Origin: an uncultured delta proteobacterium
Lineage (GTDB): Bacteria > Desulfobacterota > Desulfobacteria > Desulfobacterales > JAHEIW01
DNA length: 64,000 nucleotides
Assembly (NCBI GenBank): GCA_963706575.1
Contig: CAVPNL010000006.1
Span: 576,001 to 640,000 of the forward strand
Direction: 5' to 3'
Shown: positions 1-8,016 of the stretch, in pieces
Layout: each line of letters opens with the position of its first letter
Position numbering within the stretch: the stretch's first letter is position 1
Position numbers and translations under genes: made by a program
The notes under the pieces: model-generated
What the model was told of the DNA's origin: nothing
Seen by the model: the letters and a program-made list of their open reading frames with translations, nothing else
The model's database searches: none

Positions 1-340
1 TGTTCACGCTACTATTGGGTTCGAACTCCCTGCGGTGAAAGGCCAGGTCTCTACCGTTGATATATTCCATGGAGATGAACGCCAGCGCATCAGATCGATG
101 AAAATCAAAAACGCGGACGATGTTGGGATGGACCAATAGACGGGTATTGCGGCATTCATTTTTTAATAGATTGATGCGGTCCGGATCTGATGCCAGCTGT
201 GGATTTAGAATTTTTATGGCGATCTGGATTTCAAGCTCCAGATCCCAAACGAGCCAGACCTGCCCCATGCCGCCTTCTCCGATCATCTCAAGCAGCGAAA
301 ACCGAGAAAGCAGTATTTGGTCTTTTTCTAAATTCGGCAT
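1..340 (-). CDS. Hanks-type Ser/Thr protein kinase, N-terminal part (runs off the window edge)
   Basis: Manual translation from ATG at 340: MPNLEKDQILLSRFSLLEMIGEGGMGQVWLVWD...IAIKIL...HPNIVRVFDF...ISMEYING. Shows the Gly-loop, VAIK-type Lys and HPNIV motifs. Not in the ORF track. Confidence 0.9.
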   Translation of the reverse strand, partial: MPNLEKDQILLSRFSLLEMIGEGGMGQVWLVWDLELEIQIAIKILNPQLASDPDRINLLKNECRNTRLLVHPNIVRVFDFHRSDALAFISMEYINGRDLAFHRREFEPNSSVN

Positions 341-556
341 ATAAATTCTAAAGGTGAATTTTAGATCGTTCCGTTTTTTGGGGCATTATATGAAAAATCA
401 CGAAAATATGAAAGGCCCAGATCTCTGAGTGAAGCCATTTTCGTGATTTTAGGTGCTGAATCTAATTGCAGCCGTGCACTTTGGGATCATTCCCGGTGCA
501 CGATTTTTCGACAACCCGTATCAAAATGAGTGAAGCCGATTCGCGTTTGATCAGGG

Positions 557-1777
557 TTATGGGTTTTGATCCATATCCTGTTCTTCAGGAGACGGGGTCG
601 GTTCAAAGCCGGTTTCGGCGAAATAAATTTGACGCAGCAGCGCTTTCCAGCGTTTAAACTGCTCTTCAGCAGACCCGGTCAATTCATACTGCTGGCCCTC
701 GAATTCCATTGTTACAGGTTGCATTTCATTCCCAAATGACTCGCTGAGTTCCTCGATTGCAGCGGAATGCATTTGGGCTTCTTTGGATACATTCCAGCCG
801 CTGATAAATACCTGTCCCCCGATAATGACCATCGCCGGCGCCATGGCCCGGCCGATGTTTGAGTTTTGTGAACCGGCCGCTATCGCGCCGGCAATTAACA
901 GGGCGCCGAGCAGCTGTTTGGTCATGGCTTCTCGTTTAATCGTTGCGGCGGCTTCGCGTTCGGTCAGGTTCAGCTGACGCCAATTTTCGTATGACGGCCA
1001 CATTTGATTGTAAAACCCATCATATTGCCGATTGAGGGTGTCCACGTACATATACTCACGCTCTCTGATTTTCAGCAATCGGGCCATCATGGGATCATTG
1101 TCCGCCGGCAGCCGCTTGACGCTGAGGCGTCCCTTTTTATCCTGCGCGAGATAGCCATCAAATGCATCCGGTGCAAACTCCTGGGCAAATTTTAGCTTCG
1201 AAACGGTTCGAATCGTTTTAATTTCGGCAACACCTTGTTTCAATTTGTATTTAGCCAGATCATTGGCAATGGTATTGTAGAGATTTTGATAGGCATCTTT
1301 TTCACCCACCCGATTGCCGGAATAGTCAGACGCTGAAGCCTCGGCGCTGTATTTTCGCTTAAACCACCGGTTACCGGTTGCATCCACCACATCGATCTCT
1401 ATCACCAAATCCTCACCATTTGACTCGAGAATTTTGCCTTTCACCAGAAGGTCGACACTGTTCGTTTCGGCCGGAACCACCTGGATGGCGCCCCAGTGGC
1501 CGCTCTGGTGCAAGGTGTTTTTCAGGTGATAGGGAATAAAGTGGGTTTCAGCCTTGCGGATATCTGAGCTTGTGCCTTCATCCTTGGCATCTTCGGGGGT
1601 CAATTTCTTGCTTTCGAAGACCAGGATGCCGATATCCATTAACTGCTCCTCCGGGATTTCGGTTTTGGCCTGCTCGATGGGGGTCGGGCCGACCGTGTGA
1701 GAACTATAGGTGGCGCAGCCTGAAAAGAAGAGGATGGCCGAAAAAAATAATACGGTTTTGTAAGTGTTGAATTTCAT
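557..1777 (-). CDS. Lipoprotein of unknown function
   Basis: 406 aa ORF, signal peptide with lipobox FSGC, hydrophobic Gly/Ala-rich segment near the C-terminus. Confidence 0.75.
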   Translation of the reverse strand: MKFNTYKTVLFFSAILFFSGCATYSSHTVGPTPIEQAKTEIPEEQLMDIGILVFESKKLTPEDAKDEGTSSDIRKAETHFIPYHLKNTLHQSGHWGAIQVVPAETNSVDLLVKGKILESNGEDLVIEIDVVDATGNRWFKRKYSAEASASDYSGNRVGEKDAYQNLYNTIANDLAKYKLKQGVAEIKTIRTVSKLKFAQEFAPDAFDGYLAQDKKGRLSVKRLPADNDPMMARLLKIREREYMYVDTLNRQYDGFYNQMWPSYENWRQLNLTEREAAATIKREAMTKQLLGALLIAGAIAAGSQNSNIGRAMAPAMVIIGGQVFISGWNVSKEAQMHSAAIEELSESFGNEMQPVTMEFEGQQYELTGSAEEQFKRWKALLRQIYFAETGFEPTPSPEEQDMDQNP

Positions 1778-1791
1778 TTTTTATTAATTTG

Positions 1792-2931
1792 TTATTGGGT
1801 GTTTTTCTTATACTCTTCGTATTCTTTCCACAGTTTTTCTTTCAGTTCCGGATCCGTTTCGTTTTCAGCCGCCTCCCGCAGTTGTCGGGCAACGATATCA
1901 TCGTCTTCCTTGCTGTAACGGCTACCCGGTTCGCGTTTGGAGCCGGCGCCTTCGTCTTTGGACTTGTCGGCCGTGGCGACCGTATCATCGCCATTTCCCT
2001 GTTGGTTCTCGGAGCCTTTTTCATCACGGGATGCATCCTTGTCACCCGTTTTGCCTTGCTGGCCTTCCTTGTCCTGCTCTGACGTCTCATCAGCCGATTC
2101 AGATTCGTCGCTGTCTATTTCGACGCCTTTTTCCTTTAGCCGTCTGGCGGCATCCGCTGCTTCCTGGGCCAGATCACGCATTTTCGCAGTCGATTCGGTT
2201 TCGATGGTCTCCATTTCCTTTAGCAGCAGTGCATCAAATTCACTCAGCGACGCACTCAGCTGGCGGTCCAGTTCCGCGACCTGATCCTGGACTTGCTCTT
2301 CAGGGATTTGTTGATCCGATACCTTCGGTGGTTCGCTGGAATCTTCTTTGCCAGATGAATGCCTGGCGTAGGCGCTTTCCATTTTTGCGACCATCCTGCG
2401 GTTTTCAGCGACCATGGCCTGGACGCGTTCAAGGTAGGCTTCGTAGTTGCGAATTTCTTCAGCAGAGGCATTATCGGATTTCTTGAGTGTTTCAAGTTCG
2501 GCAGCAATCCGTTTTTCCGTGGCCTGGCTGACGCGCAAATCGTCCCGGGCTTTTGCCAGTTTGGCGTCAGCGGTTTGCGGGGTTGTTTTGCGGCTCTGCG
2601 GCATGCGTTGAACGGCTTCCTGCGGTCGGGCTTCGGTTGCACCCGCTGAAGCGGTTTGACGATCCGGTGATCTTTCTTTAGATTCCGACTGTTGGGTAGC
2701 AGCCCCCTGTGGAGAAGCTGTCTGGCTGGTTTGCGATTTTTCCTGTGCTCCCGGTTCGGCCGACTCGGCCGGTATCGATGAAGTCGACGGGCTGGTATCT
2801 TTGGTTTGCGAGATTTCCGGCTGCGGAGGTGCAGGTGTAACCGGGGGGGGTGTGGTTTTGCAGGCTGCAAACCACAGCCCGGTCAAGAAGGTTGCCATTA
2901 ATATCAGGGATTTGATTTTGTATTGCCACAT
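1792..2931 (-). CDS. Lipoprotein with low-complexity and coiled-coil regions
   Basis: 379 aa ORF, lipobox FAAC, Pro/Ser/Gln-rich linker, coiled-coil stretches, C-terminal DDDIVARQLREAAE..DPELKEKLWKEY. Confidence 0.7.
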   Translation of the reverse strand: MWQYKIKSLILMATFLTGLWFAACKTTPPPVTPAPPQPEISQTKDTSPSTSSIPAESAEPGAQEKSQTSQTASPQGAATQQSESKERSPDRQTASAGATEARPQEAVQRMPQSRKTTPQTADAKLAKARDDLRVSQATEKRIAAELETLKKSDNASAEEIRNYEAYLERVQAMVAENRRMVAKMESAYARHSSGKEDSSEPPKVSDQQIPEEQVQDQVAELDRQLSASLSEFDALLLKEMETIETESTAKMRDLAQEAADAARRLKEKGVEIDSDESESADETSEQDKEGQQGKTGDKDASRDEKGSENQQGNGDDTVATADKSKDEGAGSKREPGSRYSKEDDDIVARQLREAAENETDPELKEKLWKEYEEYKKNTQ

Positions 2932-3183
2932 TTTTAATAAGAACGTCGGTTCAGGTTGCCATCAAACATTCCGCACTCTGTAAGGATCTCAATGAAAAAC
3001 TGCCCGAATCCTCAAGTAATTATAGTGCCTAAAATAAGATTTTGCCGATTGGGTGTCAAGCCAATAACATGGGCAGCGGTCATTACGAATATTAGACTGG
3101 CGATGGAAAGGTTTTGTTTACAAAAGGCACAAACCGGTGAAAAAGGTGTATACCCTTAAGTTGTTTAAAGGATTCAGGTAATA

Positions 3184-3210
3184 AAAAGCCCGAGATTAAT
3201 CTCGGGCTTT
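3184..3210 (-). terminator. Intrinsic terminator of the tRNA pair
   Basis: Palindrome AAAGCCCGAGATTAATCTCGGGCTTT with a T-run on the minus strand just 3' of tRNA-Ser(GCT). Confidence 0.8.
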
Positions 3211-3218
3211 ATGGTATG

Positions 3219-3311
3219 TGGCGGAGAGACAGGGATTCGAACCCTGGATGGAAGTTTCCCCCCATACTCGCTTAGCAGGCGAGTGCCTTCAGCCAGCTCG
3301 GCCATCTCTCC
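3219..3311 (-). tRNA. tRNA-Ser(GCT)
   Basis: Minus strand GGAGAGATGGCCGAGCTGG...CTCGC-CTGCTAA-GCGAG, long variable arm, GGTTCGAATCC, ends CCA. Confidence 0.95.
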
Positions 3312-3361
3312 AAAAAAATTTTCTCAAAATTTTTTTATATAAAATTGCGAAGCAATTTTAT

Positions 3362-3449
3362 TGGCGGAGGGAGTAGGATTCGAACCCACGGAGGTGTTAC
3401 CCTCAACGGTTTTCAAGACCGCCGCTTTCGACCACTCAGCCATCCCTCC
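3362..3449 (-). tRNA. tRNA-Ser(TGA)
   Basis: Minus strand GGAGGGATGGCTGAGTGG...GCGGT-CTTGAAA-ACCGT, long variable arm, GGTTCGAATCC, ends CCA. Confidence 0.95.
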
Positions 3450-3658
3450 ATTATTATTATTAACCACTATATTTACCATTCCGGTCGGAGATGGTCAATA
3501 TTTATGTACTTTTTAGAGCGCTGATATTTATCAAGAGCCTTGCACCTTGTGCCGATTTTGTTTGCATTATGTGTTGACAGGCTTGATTTTTTATGGTTTT
3601 CGAGATCGTTAAAAACATGCAAATCAATTTGTTTTATTCGACTGGAAAAGGAGCAAAG

Positions 3659-4138
3659 ATGAAGCAAAAATATACCATTATAAAGGATAGTAAAAATAAA
3701 CAATTAATTATTCGTGAATTTGCCGAACTCGATAAAGAAATCTTATCATTACTGTGCGAGGAAACTTACGAGCAAAAGGCGATTCTTGCTGCCATTAAAA
3801 AAGGTGAGGCGCATTTGATTTCCGCACTAAGAACAAATAATCTCTATCCTCCTGGAATTTATGCAAAAAAAATAGCAGCTGCCGTTATAGATGTGTACGC
3901 CGACAAGGGCAGGGAATCAGAGGAGCTTTTTTTCAATGATTTGGAGTTGCTTGCCCGGGCAAATGAACCTAAAGCCAAGGTAGCTGAAGAGCCGGTTGAA
4001 AAACCGGACGAAGAAATGGATGAGCTGCTGGAGGATGATTTTGAATCTGATTATGAGGATGAAGGTAGCCCTAAAAAGCTGGGCTCCTCCTTAAAAATTG
4101 CGGATGACGAATATGGGGATACCAATGAGGAAAGCTGA
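3659..4138 (+). CDS. Hypothetical protein with acidic C-terminus
   Basis: ATG at 3659 preceded by AAGGAG, within ORF 3593..4138; Asp/Glu-rich tail. Confidence 0.7.
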   Translation: MKQKYTIIKDSKNKQLIIREFAELDKEILSLLCEETYEQKAILAAIKKGEAHLISALRTNNLYPPGIYAKKIAAAVIDVYADKGRESEELFFNDLELLARANEPKAKVAEEPVEKPDEEMDELLEDDFESDYEDEGSPKKLGSSLKIADDEYGDTNEES

Positions 4139-4603
4139 GCCTGATTTTTATGTCGCACCCGGATCCCTCATAAGATACAGATTTCTATATAAATTATTCA
4201 AAAAACAACCAAACTTGCAGGTTTTGCATTCCGGTCAACCGGATTTAATCCCACCTCAATTCAAGACCCGGATAAGCAAGAGTCAATCCCTGACTCAAGG
4301 CTGACCGATTTATCGATAAAATCATTCTTTTTCGTTGACTTATCCTGAAACTTGTCTTAAAAAAAAATCTTATTCAGTTTTTTAAGTCGTGACTATTTTA
4401 TTGATGATTTTCCAAGATCCACCACAACTTATTTATAATTTAGGCGTTTCGGGTTTTGTAAACGCAGCAGGCCTTCTTAGTCGTGCCAACGATGGAAATA
4501 GCCAGCTAAATCGGTCGGTCGAAATCTCTGCGCAAAGCCCTGTTTGTTCCAGCTAGAGGAGGCAACTGAATTTTTTTTTAATCGCATCAAGGAGGAGGTG
4601 CAA

Positions 4604-5545
4604 ATGGAAACGGAAAAGGCATTTTATGAGAGGTTAGAGAGCAAAGGCGTCTCCCGAAGGGACTTCATGAAATACTGTACGTTCCTGACGGCGGCTATGG
4701 GGCTCTCGTCATCGTTTGTGCCAAAGGTGGCCGAAGTCTTTGCGGCACCGGCACAGCGCCCGCCGGTGATATGGCTGCATTTGGCAGAATGCACCGGTTG
4801 TTCCGAGGCTGTTCTCAGGTCCCAGTACCCCTATATCGACGATTTGATTCTTGAGGTTCTTTCTCTGGAATATCATGAGACGGTTATGGCGGCTGCGGGT
4901 CAGCAGGCTGAAGATCAACTTCAGATGGCACTGAAAAAGTACGCGGGCAAGTTCATCTGCGTGGTTGAAGGTGCCATTGCCACCAAATTCGACGGCGGAT
5001 ACGGTAAAATCGGCGGCCGGACATTTTTAGACATTGCCAAAGACGTAATTCCCAAAGCTGCCGGTGTGATCTGCATCGGATCCTGCTCCAGCTTTGGCAA
5101 TATCCAGGCGGCGAAACCCAACCCCGGCGGATACAAGGGGGTTGGTGAGGTGCTGGGAATCAAGACCGTAAACATCGCCGGATGTCCACCCAATCCGGTC
5201 AATTTTGTCGGTACGGTAGTCAGTTATCTGCTGCTCGGCAAACTTCCCGCCCTGGATGATCTGGGTCGTCCGTTGTTTGGTTACGGGAAATCCATCCATG
5301 ATCAGTGTCCGCGACGGTCTCATTTTGAAAACGAGGAATTTGTGGAGCAATTCGGTTCCGAGGAAGCCGCAATGGGCTATTGCCTTTACAAAATGGGCTG
5401 TAGAGGTCCGGAGACATACAACAACTGCCCGGTGGCCAAATTCAATGACGGCACCAGCTGGCCGGTTGAGGCGGGTGCTCCCTGCATCGGCTGCAGCGAG
5501 CCGAAATTTTGGGATAACTTCACGCCGTTTTATGAGGAACTCTAG
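4604..5545 (+). CDS. Periplasmic [NiFe] hydrogenase small subunit (Tat-exported, group 1b-like)
   Basis: GGAGGAGG RBS and ATG 4604; Tat motif SRRDFMK; ECTGCSE, GSC, GCPP, HDQC, CLYKMGC, WP..AGAPCIGC (Pro at the medial cluster position); no C-terminal membrane anchor. Confidence 0.95.
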   Translation: METEKAFYERLESKGVSRRDFMKYCTFLTAAMGLSSSFVPKVAEVFAAPAQRPPVIWLHLAECTGCSEAVLRSQYPYIDDLILEVLSLEYHETVMAAAGQQAEDQLQMALKKYAGKFICVVEGAIATKFDGGYGKIGGRTFLDIAKDVIPKAAGVICIGSCSSFGNIQAAKPNPGGYKGVGEVLGIKTVNIAGCPPNPVNFVGTVVSYLLLGKLPALDDLGRPLFGYGKSIHDQCPRRSHFENEEFVEQFGSEEAAMGYCLYKMGCRGPETYNNCPVAKFNDGTSWPVEAGAPCIGCSEPKFWDNFTPFYEEL

Positions 5546-5583
5546 TCTTAGCATAGCTATCCAGAAAAAAAGGGAGGAACCAT

Positions 5584-7233
5584 ATGGCACAGCGAATAAC
5601 GATAGATCCAATCACCAGAATTGAGGGCCACCTTCGAATCGAAGTCGAAGTGGCCGGCGGCAAGGTGGTCAATGCCTGGAGTTCAGGTCAGATGTTCCGG
5701 GGTATTGAGCTCATCCTGCAGGGTAGAGATCCGCGGGATGCCCACCATTTTGTGCAGCGCTCCTGCGGCGTCTGAACGTACACACATGCTCTGTCCTCGG
5801 TGAGGGCAGTCGATAATGCCGTAAAGGTTAAAATACCGAAAAATGCACGCATCATTCGAAACCTTCTGATGGGCGCTCAGTTCCAGCATGATCATATTGT
5901 ACACTTTTATCATCTGCATGCTTTGGACTGGGTGGATATTGTCAGCGCCCTTTCGGCCGATCCCAAGAAAACCGCCGCGCTGGCTGACAATGTCAGCAAT
6001 GCGCCCTGGGGAGGGGCCGCTTATTTTAAAGGTGTTCAAGAACGGATTAAAACTTTTGTCGATAGTGGTCAGCTGGGACCCTTTTCCAATGCGTATTGGG
6101 GTCATCCTGCATACAAACTGCCGCCCGAAGCCAACCTGATGGCCACCGCACACTATGTTGAGGCCATTCGTCTTCAGGCTCGAACCGCACGACTGCATGC
6201 CATTTTCGGCGGCAAGAATCCGCACCCGCAGTCACTGGTGGTCGGTGGTGTGACCTGCGTCAGAGATCTGAGGCCGGATCGCATCGCTGAATTTTTGTAC
6301 ATCACCAAAGAAACCCAGGAATTTATTAAAAATGTCTATATTCCGGATCTGCTGGCGGTTGCTTCCTTTTACAAGGACTGGGGCGCCATCGGTGGCACCA
6401 GCAACTTTCTGGCATGGGGTGAATTCCCCGAATCCGACAACGAGCCCGACAGCCTCTTTATGCCCAGAGGCGTCATCATGCAACGCAATCTCGCTGGCGT
6501 AAAGATGGCCAATCAGGCACGGGTTTCTGAAGATGTTACCCGGGGATGGTATAAGGACGGCCCGGCCAGGCATCCTTACGAGGGTGAAACCAAACCGTTG
6601 CAGGAAAACCCCCAATACAAACCGGGGGACGGCAAATATACCTGGTTTAAGGCCCCGCGTTATGACGGCGAGCCCTGCGAGGTCGGCCCGCTGACACGCG
6701 TTCTGGTCGCCTATGCCAATGGGCACAAAGAAATTAAGCCTGTTGTTGACAATGTGCTTAAAACGCTGGGCGTAGATGCCAACGCGCTGTTCTCGACCCT
6801 TGGGCGCACGGCCGCCAGAGGAATTGAAACCCTGGTCATCGGTGAACGGGTACAGACCTGGCTCATGGAACTGGTCGAAAACATCAAAAGCGGCGATACC
6901 AAAACTTATGAACCCTATGAAATGCCCGACAGCGGGATGGGGGTTGGCTTAAACGACGTTCCCAGGGGCTCCCTGGGGCACTGGGTCCAAATTGAAAATA
7001 AGAAAATTAAAAACTACCAGTACGTCGTGCCGTCAACCTGGAACCTGTGCCCGCGGGATGCCAAAGGCAAAATGGGTCCGGTGGAAGAAGCCCTTATCGG
7101 CACACCGGTAGCGGATCCCAAAAAACCGCTTGAGGTCCTGCGAACGGTTCATTCATTTGATCCCTGTATTGCCTGTGGGGTCCACGTCATCGATCCGGAC
7201 TCCAACGAGGTTTACAAGATCAAAGCGATTTAA
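5584..7233 (+). CDS. [NiFe] hydrogenase large subunit with in-frame TGA (putative Sec64) in the N-terminal RSCGV(U) motif
   Basis: ORFs 5584..5775 and 5800..7233 share one frame; read-through gives 549 aa (DPITRIEGH...QRSCGV*TYTHAL...PRG.LGH...[11 protein letters not shown] plus a 15-aa cleavable tail). Confidence 0.92.
5791..5809 (+). promoter_or_regulatory. Putative bacterial SECIS element
   Basis: CTGTCCTC-GGT-GAGGGCAG: 8-bp stem with one G-U pair and a G-starting apical loop, beginning 16 nt after the TGA at 5773-5775. Confidence 0.7.
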
Positions 7234-7257
7234 TGAGCCGCCAGGCCATGTTGCTTG

Positions 7258-7292
7258 AAACGGCCTCCCGAATCTGCGGGAGGCCGTTTTTT
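7258..7292 (+). terminator. Intrinsic terminator after the hydrogenase structural genes
   Basis: AAACGGCCTCCCG-AATCTG-CGGGAGGCCGTTTTTT. Confidence 0.85.
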
Positions 7293-7424
7293 ATGGTGTT
7301 GACGGTTCGTCCTGTTCTAGTGTAATACGCATACTCAGGATAAAAATATTCAATCGGCATTTGCAGGGGCGGGCTTTACGCCCGCTCTTTCATTAGCGGC
7401 TTAAATTCTAAAAATAGGTTAAAA

Positions 7425-7946
7425 TTGTCTGATAACAGTTCTTTTGACGATATCTATTCTACGGAAATTATGATTCTGGGGGTGGGCTGCATCCTTTTTT
7501 CGGATGAGGGCTTCGGTGTGCGTGTAATCGAAACCATTCAGGAGCGCTACAAATTTCCGGATAATGTTCTGGTGGTCGATGGCGGTGTTCTGGGTGTCAA
7601 TCTGCTGGGTGTCATTTCCAAACCGGACCACCTGATTGTGGTAGATGCCATTCGCAATAAAGGCAAGCCCGGGGATCTGTATCGTCTGTCAGGAGAAGCA
7701 ATCCCGGAGCGCATTCGGGCTAAAAATTCACTGCATCAAGTTGATTTTTTAGAAGCGCTGACCTTATGTCAGGCCCTTGATAAGGTGCCAGAAACGGTTA
7801 TTCTGGGTATAGAACCCGAAGATATAGAGACGCTGAGTACTGAATTGACACCCACCACTCAGTCGAAAGTCGATGCCGTTATCGAGATGGTGCTGGGTGA
7901 GATAAAGCGTTTGGGCGGGTCCTATCAGGAAAAAACGAGTGCATGA
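7425..7946 (+). CDS. Hydrogenase maturation endopeptidase (HyaD/HybD/HupD family)
   Basis: ILGVGCILFSDEGFGV, VVDGG, IVVDA and SLHQ motifs; start uncertain (TTG 7425 or ATG 7470). Confidence 0.92.
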   Translation: MSDNSSFDDIYSTEIMILGVGCILFSDEGFGVRVIETIQERYKFPDNVLVVDGGVLGVNLLGVISKPDHLIVVDAIRNKGKPGDLYRLSGEAIPERIRAKNSLHQVDFLEALTLCQALDKVPETVILGIEPEDIETLSTELTPTTQSKVDAVIEMVLGEIKRLGGSYQEKTSA

Positions 7947-8016
7947 AAACCCGGGCAAGGCCTTTGCCAATCAATGCTAGCATTCAACAAACGTTGCTTC
8001 TGAGAGTTGCCTGCAC

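Noticed and set aside
3362..3449. tRNA with TGA near a UGA-containing gene as possible tRNA-Sec or suppressor
   Set aside because: The anticodon is UGA, which reads UCA (Ser); tRNA-Sec needs anticodon UCA and a longer acceptor stem
4386..4405. Rex operator upstream of the hydrogenase operon
   Set aside because: Only one half-site (TCGTGA) matches; the other half is poor
5584..5775. Large subunit as a pseudogene or two separate genes
   Set aside because: Same frame throughout, stop sits exactly on a conserved Cys, a SECIS-like hairpin follows and the maturation genes are intact
5584..7233. Canonical [NiFeSe] HysA call
   Set aside because: The C-terminal motif is DPCIAC (TGT) and the small subunit has the medial Pro
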